Shown: positions 1 to 14,102, counted from the first letter of the stretch. The stretch is 64,000 nt of DNA from Octopus bimaculoides (GCF_001194135.2 NC_068982.1:179226050-179290049), one strand, 5' to 3'. Numbers and translations are program-made. The notes: a model not told the origin generated them from the letters alone.

Positions 1-825
1 ATATATAACTATTATATATGTGTAAACATAATATCAAGGATCGAGGTGTAGGAAGAAGGTTAGCTTCAAGCAAACTGTGGAAAATATAAAAAAACAACCG
101 TCAATAACATTAGTAGATTATGGAGGCAGAAGGGTGTGAATTTCTTTCGTATCGAAGTATGGTGAAGTGAAAAAATTGTTTTATATTTCACGGCAGGCAG
201 CCAGGTTTGCAAGGTATGCGAATATAATACAAGAGTTAAGGTATGGAATACATAATATCCATGCTACATATGATCGAATCATGTGTGTGTTGAAAATGTA
301 AACTTCATTTAATCGTAGAGAAACCTGCGGTATAGACTTCGCTTAAATATTTACCACTTCCGAGGTTCCGCTCGCTATGAAACAGCGAATACTAGCTACT
401 CTATTCATTAACTCTTGTGTATATGTGTATACATATATACATATGTATATATCTATGTGCGTGGTTGTGTATGTGTGTATGTGTGTATGCGTGCGTGTAT
501 GTGTGTGTGTGTATACGTATATATACGAGGGAGTCGGAAACGTTACTGGCTTTAAGGGTGTCGCGAAGGGACTGGTTTTTGGCCCAACGTTCCGAGTTCT
601 TTTACTGGGGTTAGACAAAGTGAAGGGCCGCCGATACAAGCGTATCAATGTGAGAGAGGAATGTAGGTTCTTCAAATAGAAGAACCTACAAGAATAGGTG
701 CAAGCTCTAATATTTATAAAACATGTGGCATATTAATAAAAATCTGTAAATGTACAACCATCCAACTATCTGAGTACCTTATTATCTTTTCTAATATATA
801 ATTCCTGTACATTACCTCCAAACCT

Positions 826-829
<4 letters not shown>

Positions 830-880
<51 letters not shown>
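830..880. repeat. (TA)n microsatellite
   Basis: Direct inspection; representative of many (TA)n/(CA)n/(GA)n tracts in the window. Confidence 0.98.
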
Positions 881-884
<4 letters not shown>

Positions 885-946
885 CGCACGCGCTACTGTA
901 CACGTCAATTTGTAATGCTTCTATCACTAACAACTAACAGTATTCA

Positions 947-1770
947 ATGGGAGAAATTGGCCATATCTTCCTCAACTTGATTTCTATCTAAGTGGAAAAT
1001 TTGGTTGTGGAATTAATCTGCATCCCCTTAGTCATGTCAAAGCTATTTCTGAGCAGGATTTCCCCTACTTGTTATCTGAAGTTGGTTATGTTTTGCATCC
1101 CAGTTCTGGTTTCTGCGAGCCGCGCAATGAGGTTAGAATGTCACTTGAAGGATAGGTTTAAGAGGGCTACTAAGATATCCTGCGAGTTCAGTTCCACTTC
1201 CAATGCCAACGTATCGCGCATAATAATTTATCGGAGGTTACGAGGTTCTAGGTTGCTTGCTCGGGCACCGGCAAAGAAACCTCTCATCTCCAAGAAGAAT
1301 CATAGAGCTCGTCTTCGTTTCGCTCACGAATATGTCGTTTGGACATCCGGCGAAGTGGCGAAAGGTTATCTCGTGCATGTATGAAGAAGATAATGAAATA
1401 TGGAGGAGACAGTGTAATGGTATGGGGATTAATCTCTGCTGCTGGTCCTGGTCCACTTATTCGCTTACAAGGGACTGTCAAATGTAAAAGCAGCTTCTCA
1501 GACAGCATGCCCTTCTACACCTCCGATACTCGTCAGTTCAACCTCCTATCTTCGTGCAAGAAAATGCTCCCTGTTACATTGTGAAGAGAGTCAAATACTT
1601 TTTGAGTGATGAAGAAGTTGAGCTCATGGACTGGCCACCTCAGAGTCCCGATCCCAACTCTATAGAAAACGTCTGGAAGATTATTGGAGGTGGGGCGCGA
1701 AGGAGAAATCCAAAGAACCAAGATGAACTGTGGGAATTATTGAAAAACGTGACAGTACAAATTGTATGAG
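947..1770 (+). mobile_element. Tc1-family (DD34E-type) transposase fossil, frameshifted
   Basis: Translated pieces RRLRGSRLLARAPAKKPLISKKNHRARLRFAHEY (Tc1 HTH/linker), KYGGDSVMVWGLISAAGPGPL, QENAPCY and WPPQSPDPNSIENVW (WPxQSPDLNPIE motif), spread over several frames. Confidence 0.93.
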
Positions 1771-1786
1771 CAGCAGCAAAACTGAA

Positions 1787-1814
1787 AGTAGTAGTAGTAG
1801 TAATATTAGTATTG

Positions 1815-1876
<62 letters not shown>

Positions 1877-1888
1877 TGTTGTTGTTGT
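1787..1888. repeat. (TAG)n grading into (TTG)n microsatellite
   Basis: Direct inspection. Confidence 0.95.
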
Positions 1889-2047
1889 AGTCGGCGTCTC
1901 TAGTTTACCATTTGGTTTCGCATCTACAAACAGATTACTATCAAACGTCTTGTACCAAGTTTTTCATCTCAGTTCTTACTCAAAAATCTAGAGACGACCG
2001 TTGTTCGAAGATCTACAGTTTAGCCTGACTTCATGGTACCCAAATAC

Positions 2048-2106
2048 CATATATGGCCATGAGGAGGCGCCGCTGCATGCGTCCTGGTGGGGGAAACTCT
2101 ATGAAC
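2048..2106 (-). CDS. Candidate 59-nt internal exon (FIEFPPPGRMQRRLLMAIY in the phase-2 frame)
   Basis: GC-rich island; minus-strand acceptor tcttctcccgcag and donor gtattt. Protein not recognised. Confidence 0.25.
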
Positions 2107-2983
2107 CTGCGGGAGAAGACTTACGTAAAATTTTAACCCTTCACAGACAGTTAAGTGGCAGCAGTGGGTGAAAGAAGAGAGTAGCATGTAGAAGCAGCAT
2201 GTACCAACTATAAGCATCACTAGACCAATGCTGTACAACATTGTACAAGCACTCCTCCACACACTTACAAATAGATGCTGAATATTATTATTATACTGCA
2301 AAGGGTTTAGTGAATATAAAACTAATTTGGCTAGTTCCTTATATCTATTAAGTATCGATGCGACTTCATTCATGAAGATTAATGATAGGATAACAGTAGT
2401 TAGAGGCATAAAACGTCCAAGTTTCACACGCATTTATAAAGTTAGACACTTATAAAGGTTGCTTCAACATAGTGCATCGTTGTGTATTCCTAAAAAGAAC
2501 TACAATGAGAATTATATTTCTGATATCATCATTAATAGGCTTATTCGTAAATAACTTATTCTTGGTGTCTACGATCACATATGATCTCACTTATCTATCT
2601 TTATCATCTACGCAGTCAACACACCTATACATAGCGTATACATATATACTACGTCTAAAATAATTATTTTCTGTATTGTGCTTGATTAAGGTTGACTTTT
2701 TTTATAGAATCCAAAACTAATTAAGAGATGAGAGATGATTAATTAATTAATTAATCAACAACTAAGTATTTAGACGGCCTTATATTACATACATAGAAAC
2801 AAAGATAAATACATTCTGTCAGCAGATATACACACATGTTGCGTATGTGTATATGTGTATGTGTGTGTGCGTGTATGTGCGTATGTGTGTATGTATGGTT
2901 CGTATATTTAGGCATAGAAATTTGCATACACACCCATGGGTGTATACATACATATATATGTAGATATATATACATATATATGT

Positions 2984-3035
<52 letters not shown>

Positions 3036-3323
3036 CCATGTATATGTGTGTGTATGTGTGTGAGCGAGTGCACGTATGTTGTGTGTGTACATACATCGAT
3101 ACAGAAACACAAATGCTTGAATACCCGTGCGGTCACGTATGTATTTCTAGTTTACTTTCAAATTTATCGTAAGAAAGAGCCAGTTTCTAATCCAGAAATA
3201 AGACTCTTGCATTGTTGTCTAGACGACAACAATGAGGGCTGTATGCATGTTTGTACGTACGCCTCGTGGGCATCGGTACCATTTTCCTCTTTCTCCGTTC
3301 TTCCATTCTCGGAACTTTCCATC

Positions 3324-3356
3324 TTTCCGACGAAGGGCTACGCCCGATACGTCATA
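3324..3356 (+). ncRNA. Degenerate minimal hammerhead ribozyme (PLE-type), probably inactive
   Basis: CCGACGA-A-GGGC-UAC-GCCC-GAUAC-GUC: perfect stem II and GUC triplet, but core changes U4C and GAAA>GAUA and a weak stem I. Confidence 0.55.
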
Positions 3357-3766
3357 CACTCTCTCTTTCCTTTCCTGAGCGTCCAATAATACTATCCATA
3401 TCACGTCCTCACTTTGTTGTTTCTTTGTTTTTTTGTTATTGTTTTTTTGAACTATATATATATATACATATATATATATATTATATATATATATATATAT
3501 GTATGGCGGGGTGCGTATACGGATATCTTTGTATGTATACACGTATACTTCCAAGGATGCATAGACGTATGTATTAATATAAGTATCACCGTGTGTACTT
3601 AAAATTGTATCATATCATTTGCGTCAACCTTGAAGATTCTATTGTATGTTGTCCATGTTAATACGAGACATAATAATACGGGGAATAATAATAAACGTAG
3701 CTCCCCCTAGTAGGCGCAGCTATTACAAAGGAGACAATCGTTTCTTGTTAATATTTAACGGGATTA

Positions 3767-3957
3767 AGGCAGTGAGCTGGCAGAATGGTTAGCAAGCTGG
3801 ACGGAATGCCGTTCTAGTTTCAAATTTCACAGGTGTAGACTTTGTTTATTTCATTTATTTGTGAGCGATAAAATAAGTACCAACTGGACACTAGGATTGA
3901 TTTAATCGACTTAACTCCTCCCCAAACCTGCCGCTTTTGTGCCAGAATTTGAAGCCA
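3767..3957 (+). mobile_element. tRNA-derived SINE, family A (diverged copy)
   Basis: A-box-like head ggcagtgagctggcagaatggttagca; body gataaaataagtacca...gatttaatcgactt is shared with the copies at 27134, 35691 and 62020. Confidence 0.8.
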
Positions 3958-4491
3958 ACATTTGTCAGGATTAGAAATTTGAATTTGAAATTAAGGAGCT
4001 ATAAGGAAAAGGATGCATAAAATCAAATATTTATATGTTTAGGTTTTTCAATTCCGAAGATCTAAAAATTTTTCGTCGGTCGTAATCATGCATCTTTTTA
4101 GAAATTCCCTACTTTGTGAAAATATCTTATGTTAACACTGCCATGAATTTGAGTTTTAGCTACAAGCAACCTCACAAGCTATTTTCCAATATATTATTTA
4201 AGGTGTTGACATTCGTTTCAAGCTGGTTTTCCATAGTAGTAACCCTTTCTTGTTATTGATAGAGATTGAAGCGTAGAATACAACAATATTTTGTCGAGTA
4301 CACCAATAATTTCCAAGTCATGTTTCTTTAAGTTAATAGTCAACTAGTTAACTGGTGAAGGGCAGAAGGGCAGAGTTCCAGTAGATCGGGTTTTACGGAA
4401 GCTACATTCGTGATCATTAAAGGAAGAATTCAAGATTTTGAACGTTTACCCCATATCGGAGTACAATTCACATGAATGGAACAGCTTTTTG

Positions 4492-4525
<34 letters not shown>

Positions 4526-4526
4526 C

Positions 4527-4558
<32 letters not shown>

Positions 4559-4670
4559 TACACACACAAAATACCATTTAATTTTACGAACTGTTGGGGA
4601 TTCAGTCACCAACAGTGCTCAACCATTTGTTTAAACAGAGCAACCATTTCTTTCTCCATGTCTTCTATTA

Positions 4671-6130
4671 CAGAAGGACCTCTAAGTACGAGTGCACTAT
4701 CGTACGAGTAATTTGCTGTACGAGCTGAGACTCCTTCGAATTTTGGTCTTGAAGTACGAGCGGAAATCCGCAGTACGAACGAGTTTCATACATGCGACCG
4801 CTAGTCGACGATGAGCTCACTTAGTTCACGTGTTTATATCATGGTAGCTCCTGTTGTGTTTTTCCTATTGTTTTTGATTAGTTTTGGGCATTTTTGCTAT
4901 CATTTTATAATACAGTAATTAGTTGTGATAGCCATGGGTCCTGAGAATGTTAGTGCAAAAGGCAGTGCTGAGAGGAAGGAAAAAACTGATTACGATAGAA
5001 TTGAAGAAGAAAATCATTGATAAACATGAGAAGAGTGCGTGTAGAGGACACAGCACGTCAACACGGCTGAAGCACGTGGACAATCTGCACCATCCCGAAG
5101 AAAAACGATGAGATCAAGACCGTTACAACAGCATATGGTGTCTCCAGGCTCTCTAAGCAATGAACATCTGTCCACGAAAGGATGGAAAAATTGCTTCTCC
5201 TGTGGATCAACATGAAGCTACTCGCATGGGATACGATTACGGAGACCATCATCTGCGAGAAAGTACGAGAAAGTACGAGTATAGGGATCTCCTGAAGCAG
5301 AACCCTTGAACATCGACGGAAGAGACATCAGCAGACACATTTAAGAGCAGTCGCGGCTGGTTTGATAATTTCAAGAAGAGGACTGGTGTTCAAAGCGTCG
5401 TCAGGCATGGAGAAGCAGTGAGTTCTGACACGAAGGCAGCTGAAGGTTTAGTGCGTGAATTACGTCAGCTCAGCGTAGCGGAGAGGTACATCGCACAACA
5501 GGTATTAAGCTCTGATGAAACTGGCCTTTAAAAAAATTGCTCAGAAGAACCTACATAACTGCAGAGGAGAAGAAAGTGCCAGGCCACAAGCCTGTGAAAG
5601 ATAGGTTAACTCCCGCTCTTTGTGCCAATGCGAGCGGAGACTTGAATATTAAGCCGCTCCTTGTCTACCATTCCGAAAACTCACGTGCGTTCAAGCCGTA
5701 CAAAATCCTGAAGGAAAAGCTGCTGGTCATGTGGAGTGCAAACGTTAAAGCCTGGGTCACCAGGCAATTCTTCTCTGAGTGGGTCAGCCTTGTCTTCGAA
5801 CCAGTCGTGAAAAAGTATCTTTTGGAGAACAATCCTCCTCTCAAGGCCAACCTCATCCTCAACTATGCCTCTGCTCACACACCCTCCTAACCTCGAAGAA
5901 GATATCCTGGACGAATTTAAATTTACAAAAGATATGTACCTTTCACGCAACATCACCCTATCTTGCAGCCCATGGATTAACAGGTAATTTCTAATTTTAA
6001 GAAATTGTACACCAAGCACCTGTTTCGTCGCTGCTTTGAAGTCACTGAAATTACAAATCGCTAGTTTTGAAAGGAGCACTGAAAACTGTCTAAAAATCAT
6101 CGATATGGCATGGCATGTAGCGGAGGACAG
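4671..6130 (+). mobile_element. Tigger/pogo (CENP-B-like) DNA transposon fossil
   Basis: TA followed by TIR-like cagaaggacctc; translated pieces MGPENVSAKG..TIELKKKIIDKHE, FKSSRGWFDNFKKR, VVRHGEA, SDETGL, KVPGHKPVKDRLT..CANASGD..KPLLVYHSEN, PILQPMD. Multiple stops and frameshifts. Confidence 0.95.
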
Positions 6131-7348
6131 CGTAGCGAAGAATGAAAGGTGAAGCACTGAATGAAAGAAAAAGTATAAGGGATAAAGTAAAAATATTCGA
6201 TTGATCATGTATATAACGATGATACCTGAATGTACTGTTTCGCCAAATGTGACCCTAAGGATTGTGAATGTGTTTAAATTAAGATATAATTGCCTTTGAG
6301 TAAATGTGTCAATATATGTGTATGTGTGGTTGTGTGTCCATATGTGTGTATATTTTCGTCAACAAAATCTTGGATGGAGGAGTGGAATATTTACCGATCC
6401 TTTGTCCAATGTCATTAGGTGCTTCGATAAATGGATATATATATAATTAAACGAACACCTACTCATATACTCTGATACAAACTTGTATAAGCAAGTACAC
6501 CTACATTCACGTCATTTATTCCCGTTTAAATAACCATGGAAATGCGTCGTCTTTCAGAAAAGAAATGTTAGCACAGTTCTCTAATTAAATGCACGAAACG
6601 AAATTTATTTTTACAAAGAATTTCATTGACGTCTATTATTTTTTGTTATTTAAAAATAAATTCAATGTGACATAAATTGTACAAAGTTTTACGTCAGATT
6701 TTATATTTTACTATGATTTGAAACCCTTTAATAAAATATTGTACCTTATATGTTTACTTTTCCACTACACTTACAATTTGCAATTAACTTACTTCCCGGC
6801 TTTCTTTTTTCTCTTTCCATAGCTATTATGTTATATTTTTGTATTATTTTTTGTATTACTTTTTATAAGTTGTGGTTATTTTAAATATCCTTTGTGCAAA
6901 AGATAAAACTGACTTCATCGTTTCAGTTTGGGAAAAAAAAATTAAAACAAATAAAACTACCTTGAATTTTTTTCTGTGGCTAATTGATGCAAAACTTTAT
7001 TGAGTGACGTGACTTCTTAATGAGTATAAATAAACGCATGGCAGCTGAAAAAATAAATCACAACCAATAAAGATCAAGTTAACTTACTGCCAGAAAATAT
7101 TTTCTGTTTGTATTTAACAAGAGGGAAATTGCTGGAAAAAAACAAAAACTATATTTTCTGTCATTAACAGACTTTTGACAGGCATTAATGTGTGTAGTTA
7201 AAAACCTTCAAAAGACCGCACATTGGTGTACATATGTGTGTGTGCATGTATGTATATGTATTATGTTTATATCTGTATATTTGTACACTAACATATATGT
7301 ACATTCACATACATTCACATACACACACATAGACACACACGCACACAC

Positions 7349-7423
<75 letters not shown>

Positions 7424-9027
7424 CATACTTATATATGTTTGTGTATTTCCATATATGTATAGCTCACAATTATCTACTACCAACCGGTCATTAAATAGAT
7501 ACACGCGCATCTGTTGCATGTTGTCAAAGCAAAATAGGAATGCTTATACTTTCATATTTCCTTTGGTGCGTCAATATATATATGTATANNNNNNNNNNNN
7601 NNNNNNNNNNNNNNNNNNNNNNNNNNNNNNNNNNNNNNNNNNNNNNNNNNNNNNNNNNNNNNNNNNNNNNNNNNNNNNNNNNNNNNNNNNNNNNNNNNNN
7701 NNNNNNNNNNNNNNNNNNNNNNNNNATATATATATATATATATATAAAAAGAGAGAGAGAGACAGAGAGAGAGAATTTCAAACATATATACGTACACACA
7801 CACATACGCATTTCACACTTATAGACTAAGATCATAAAATGTTGTCCAACTACAAGTTGTACGAACTGTTAAAGGTACCTCTACAATGTTTTCGGCTCTT
7901 CATCGAGTTATCATTGAGTGTTTTCTGTAATTGTACCAAAGTTTTAAATTATTTTACAACTATAATAAATTTGATCAATTTTCTGGCACTAATATAGCTG
8001 GATTTAAATCCAACAAAACATTTCGAAAATGAAAACCAAAATTTGGGTGTTGGCATTCTTAAGGTAGGGAAAACTAAAATAGCATCAGTTAACTAAAATC
8101 ATACTCGAAATGGGGAGAAAATATTTTTTCTTAATGATGAATTTTCTCAAAAAGCACAGGGACTATTTCGTTGTGTGTTAATTTAAACTTATTAAAAAAT
8201 GATATATTGAAAATTTGATCTTGACTTTACGGTAATAATAAATCCAACATGTTTAGGTCATATTAAATATCGTTTGTGTAATATACTTGTGTAATATACA
8301 AGGATTTCATGCACGCACACACTGACACAGACACACACACATGTATATATTTGACCCATATACCCATATACCTAGGGCTATAATTCCTCAACATTAATTG
8401 CTCAACATTTTGATAGTAATAAAATGACCTGATACTACTATGACCAGTGAAACCTCTAGATTCTAATACTTTTATAGCCTTGTCCATGCATACTGCTTAC
8501 ACCTTCCCTCTCTTTAGAAGTAATTGTCCCTTTGCTATCACCACTAGATAAGAAACAATAGAATTCTGAGACAGTTAAAACTTTTGTCTAGAATCAATTA
8601 CTAGCCTGATAGACCCCGCTATGTCAACATGGACTTATATATTCTTCCTCACATTTGGATTTTATATATGCTCTCTCCCACTTGGATTTAATATNNNNNN
8701 NNNNNNNNNNNNNNNNNNNNNNNNNNNNNNNNNNNNNNNNNNNNNNNNNNNNNNNNNNNNNNNNNNNNNNNNNNNNNNNNNNNNNNNNNNNNNNNNNNNN
8801 NNNNNNNNNNNNNNNNNNNNNNNNNNNNNNNNNNNNNNNNNNNNNNNNNNNNNNNNNNNNNNNNNNNNNNNNNNNNNNNNNNNNNNNNNNNNNNNNNNNN
8901 NNNNNNNNNNNNNNNNNNNNNNNNNNNNNNNNNNNNNNNNNNNNNNNNNNNNNNNNNNNNNNNNNNNNNNNNNNNNNNNNNNNNNNNNNNNNNNNNNNNN
9001 NNNNNNNNNNNNNNNNNNNNNNNNNNN

Positions 9028-9084
<57 letters not shown>

Positions 9085-10766
9085 ACATATATATTCACAT
9101 AATACTTAAATTGATACACATACATATAAACATGCAAATATATAGACATAAATAAATATAGATGCATTTGGTGTGAGTTGAGACAGATTGTCTCCTTCCA
9201 AGAATATTATCACTGATGACTCTATTGTTCATGTTACATATTTAATTGAATCTAATTGTTAAATTTCTCTGACTCCCGACTATGAGTTTGTGAGCAATAA
9301 CGTTACTATTTAGTTTCTTGTAGGACGCATCCTAAAGTATAGCTCTGAATTCATCTACGCTTGGCAGCAATGACAGACTATACCCCTCTGTGGAAGTCTA
9401 ATAATATTAATACATGTCCAGAATTGTGGCCTTAAGTCCTAAATGAAACTCAGTCGACACCGTAGTATCCAAACCCTATTATCACTGACCCCATACACTT
9501 GCTGGCTTCCAGTATGCGGAGTTATTGACTGGTAGCACTTGCATGTGCGAGTTCTTTGCAAGACATATAAGATTGGCACTTGTAGAATCATCATATTTCG
9601 CAAGATTGATATAATTTCTATTGGTAACAAAAAGGTTGCTTACAAAGTACTTAGAGATGGAATGAAGCAAAAGAGTGTTTGAACATGTAAGTGTTATATT
9701 TATTGCGAAAAATAAAATTATGTCAGAGCATCTATCCCAGATCTGATTATGAGAAAATTATACGAATTAGGAAAAGTTTTGTTCTGAAAATATATTTGTC
9801 TGTTGTGGCGGATGAGTTTGAAATTTGCATATACTTTGTTTAGACAGTGGTTACTGAAATCAATGTTTAGCTAAAAGATTGCCGCTTGCCATGCTTGTGT
9901 GTGTGTGTGCTTTTGTTGTTGTTGTTGTTAATTAATTTATTGATAACGTTTAAAAGAAATATTTTATAATATCACATCAACGTGTTATCAATGTGTTATC
10001 TGTGTGTGAAAAGATATAATATTCATCAGAGTGGATGTGAATGGTGTTTATCGATATTATAATTAGTGGAAGTTTTCACAGAGTACATAAACTTGTCTGT
10101 AAGTTTAAAGTGTTGAATTATACAAGAATAATGAATGATTTTCCCGTATTACAAAGAACTCATCAAACATTCGAAATTATAGCCAAGTTCAATCGTACAA
10201 TGTAATTATCTTTCTATGTGTCTGTATAGAATTGATGAAGCAGTTCGTTAGACAAATGTTTACAACTATCATTAGTTCACATACCTGCCAATCACTGACC
10301 TAACTGAAGACACGATCAAATCAGTTTACTGCTGGTTTTTTTTTTGTTTAACTCAACAGATCAATCGGGGAAAAACATTAAACGTCAGTTTCCTTTTTTT
10401 TTTCAAATTGATTAGTTTCGGGATTGAGGAAATATTGCCTATAATTATCTATAAAATTATATTTTCATAATAACATCATTTAAGATACTATTGTATATCA
10501 AGAAGGGGTCTTGGAGTATTGAAAAAATTCAAATGATGAAGAAATCTTTCAATTGGTAATAAGATATTTCTTGACATTAAAGGAAGGTAGGTGACGTAAG
10601 ATAACTAATGGAAAATAGAGCCATTAACTTCTTTTGATGTTCTATACTAATAGAGGGTAGCCACCAGCATATGTTAGAAGATGTATTATCACTAGAAATT
10701 GAAACACTTTTATGAGTAATAAAACTTTGACTTGAAAAGATTACAAAATTAAGCAAATACTAATCT

Positions 10767-11140
10767 CAGGTGAGATCCCTAGCGGATTATTACTCTTATG
10801 TCTGGGACAGTATTGTTGACGATGCCCATACAAACATCATAGGCCACATCCAGAACAGGGACTACTCGACTGATTGACATAAGGTCACCCACAGGAACCC
10901 TCCGATCTATGGCCCACTGATGCCCTATCTCTAGTCTCTGGTTTTCTACACTACTATAAAGGACTCTTTCCTCGGAGCCGACTTGGCTTGTGCCACCTCT
11001 CTCCAGGCTTTGCCGACCTACTTCACCCTTCTTTCATCGATTTTGACCTATCCAAATCACTATCTAACACTCTGTTCCTTCCGTCCCCAGAGCGTCAATT
11101 CTCTAGTAATTCCTCCTTGAACATGTTTTTCCTGTGAGTA
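10767..11140 (+). mobile_element. CR1/Jockey-group LINE ORF2 C-terminal fragment
   Basis: QVRSLADYYSYVWDS..AHTNIIGHIQNR/TRLIDIRS..TL..MAH resembles the LINE post-RT motif VRPxLEYCSxVW...LDRIQNRA. Confidence 0.7.
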
Positions 11141-11962
11141 GTAACTTGCAATGGTTCAAGAGCAATATTAGTGGCATCACTTTCACCAGACCCATCAGAT
11201 AAAAATATATTTATGTAATATCAAATGATATAACTGGGATTTTGAAATTTATTTTGCAAAAACTAGACGTGTCATATGATATACGTTTCCGCACTGAATA
11301 TTTACAAAATGGGTATTTAACTCAAATTTGTTATTTTGATATAAGATCATATATTTGACTAATGTAAACGTTATTTTAATATTCTTTTGTATGATATGGT
11401 GATACACAATAGCAGATGGCTGGGTGTTTTACAAATGAAAGGGTAAAGGATACAAAAGATAGCTATCTAAAGTTCTTGCTTATCTTTAGTATTATTCTGT
11501 TCTCCGACATAATTAAATACAATTGTTTGTGTAGCATGAGTAAATGTTGTAGTTAGGACATAGAATGTCAAAATGTGTTCAACATATTCCATTCTATGTA
11601 TCCGATTATTCTCCCACATACACACAGATAGTCTACAAGTGGAATACCTAGTGCTTCTAAAGAATAAGATTTTTAAGATAGCAATATGCCTACAAAGACT
11701 GGAAATTTTGACTCTATATGCTTCAGGCCTCACCCTAATGAATGTTGAAGATGAAAGTGCATATCACTTACGGTCAGAAATGACTCTAACAAAAGTAGCA
11801 CTGATTTTCTAGGTCGTTCAATTTTTCTCAACTGATCAATGCGCCGACTGAGTAAACCTATCAATAATGAATTTATAATGAATATTGGAAAGAATTGTAA
11901 GTCAAATTTACTGCAATAAAGAAAAACATGTAATAACCATTCTTTCTGTCTTGACTTTGATA

Positions 11963-12042
<80 letters not shown>
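11963..12042. repeat. (TCTA)n microsatellite
   Basis: Direct inspection. Confidence 0.97.
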
Positions 12043-12043
<1 letters not shown>

Positions 12044-14040
12044 CTCTATATATATATATATACAAGTTACTTTGCTTGTTGTCAATATCAGTGACTGATC
12101 GTCGTTTGGTTTTCTATATATTGCGGGCTGGAACGTTTTCCCGCTATCGCTAGCGGTCAGGTGTTCACTACTGACGCTAGGCACAAATAACTCGAAGGCA
12201 TTCGGTTTGGTGATCCCTTCGTCTGCTAGAAGATAGTTAAGTTTTGATCCCCTGCCTGCAATATGTACTGGGTGCAGATTGCATCGATTACCTGCTGGTG
12301 GAGGCTCTTCTTGGAAAAAAAAACTGTCGTAACATCGAGCGGCCATATTAATGTGGCGATAAACATTATGTAGTTTCTGGTGAGTGAGTACAAAGCCCAT
12401 TTGAATATACAACTGCGACAGAATAACGCACTTACGAGTACGTTTTGTATAGCAGGAAAGGTAAAAAGGCCACTAATTGGTGACAGATTTGCTCACCTAC
12501 AATGAAAAGTTTACAAGTTTATATTTATACGATCTTCACCTTGTTTTACTATTATGAATTCTGTTACGCTCAAGTGTTTCTGTAAATACGTTTTCAAAAT
12601 TTCCCATACTATAGTATCACTAACGTTTCCTCAAACAGCGTAGACCTATGGAAGCTGAAATTTGAATATAATTATGCCAGCCTGATGAAACCTACCAAAA
12701 CAATGGGTGCTGCAATTCTTCTGCTAATTCATAAAACTAGATATCAAACTTTCAATGGCTTTCTGTTGTTAATCCGCCATCGAAATGGTCTCGATCTTCG
12801 TATATATTATGCTGACAAATATGATATTTAGTTTCTTCCTCAATGAATAGTGTCTGTAATGACAGTATTCAAACTTTTGTCGACTGTCCAGATGAGATGC
12901 TGAGAAATCTCCTCAGGTCATTGTGACTCATTGTAAGGTTCATAAATTAAGCGTAATTGTAGGTTGTCTACCCATGCAATATACATGATAAATTCTAAAG
13001 AACTTATTTAGATTAATCAATCAATGTATAATGGCTTTAGGTTTCTCCTCTTATCTATTTGAAAACTTGCAGAATAGTAGCAGATTTGTTGCACATATTA
13101 CAGAATTTTACATACATTTCTACGGCTTTAGAAACTCGCATAGATTTTCATTTTATATCTGTGTAATCAGGTGTATGATTGTGATACTATGTGTGTCCTT
13201 CTATGTGTATTTCAACATTCAATATCTTAATTTGAAGTGTTGATACTTCAGAAAGGAATTGATATGTTCCTATAACTGATCTCTTGCAAGATAAAAGAAT
13301 TTTGAAAGATATATTTATATATTGATATAATCCTGATAAATATTTATAAACCTTCTCTTTGAGAACATATCATGAATTCTCTATCTCAGTTATCAAACTA
13401 ACCTTTCAGAACCTTCTTGAACTTATAATTCAGAAAGTGCTTTGTGATTGATTATAGAAATATGCTCTTGAGGGATCTAAAGGGGCTTTTATGTAACTTG
13501 ATAGATAGCCAAAGTATACAGTTCTCGATATAATATTCCTCTGAAAGTATCTCTTTGAAGTACTCTATATTGATATTAAATGACAAAACAAAGAGGAGCT
13601 TTACTGAAATCAATTCTTAACAATAATCTCTGAGATGTCAGTGATATGTATTAGCATTTAGAGGTTTTCAACTTTGTACGATAAATCTCAGTAATTTACT
13701 TAATTCTTTAAAATTGTAATTATCGCAACACAAAACTTCAATTATAGAAATAATAGCTTCATTATTTTTCTCAAAGTTTTGGTAGGAAAGGAGTTTTAAC
13801 ACAAAGTTATAAGAGTGAAAAAGAGTAATTGATTAAATCTACCTTTGTATATAACAGGTATTTAAGTTATACGCAAAGGTTTGAGAAAAATTAAAACTTT
13901 ATACCATTTCAAATCGGCAGCAGGAGAAGGGTAAAACTGAATAGAGGATGATACTTAATCGGTACTTTACGGTCTCTGCCACTCATGTACGTTCATAATA
14001 ATTGTAATAATTGAAAGGAAAAACCCTGTAACAACAACTT

Positions 14041-14102
14041 GTCAACCATACGTGTTTTCGTCAACCATACGTGTTTTCGTCAACCATACGTGTTTTCGTC
14101 AA
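14041..14102. repeat. 19-bp tandem repeat, 3 perfect copies (gtcaaccatacgtgttttc)
   Basis: Direct inspection. Confidence 0.95.

Noticed and set aside
355-400. Possible hammerhead remnant (ccgaggt...gaaacagcg) in the homolog of the 25247 element
   Set aside because: No convincing stem II or NUH triplet; too degraded to support.
525-560. GGAAACGTT hammerhead half or mariner-like tacgaggg TIR
   Set aside because: No CUGANGA upstream and no matching inverted end found.
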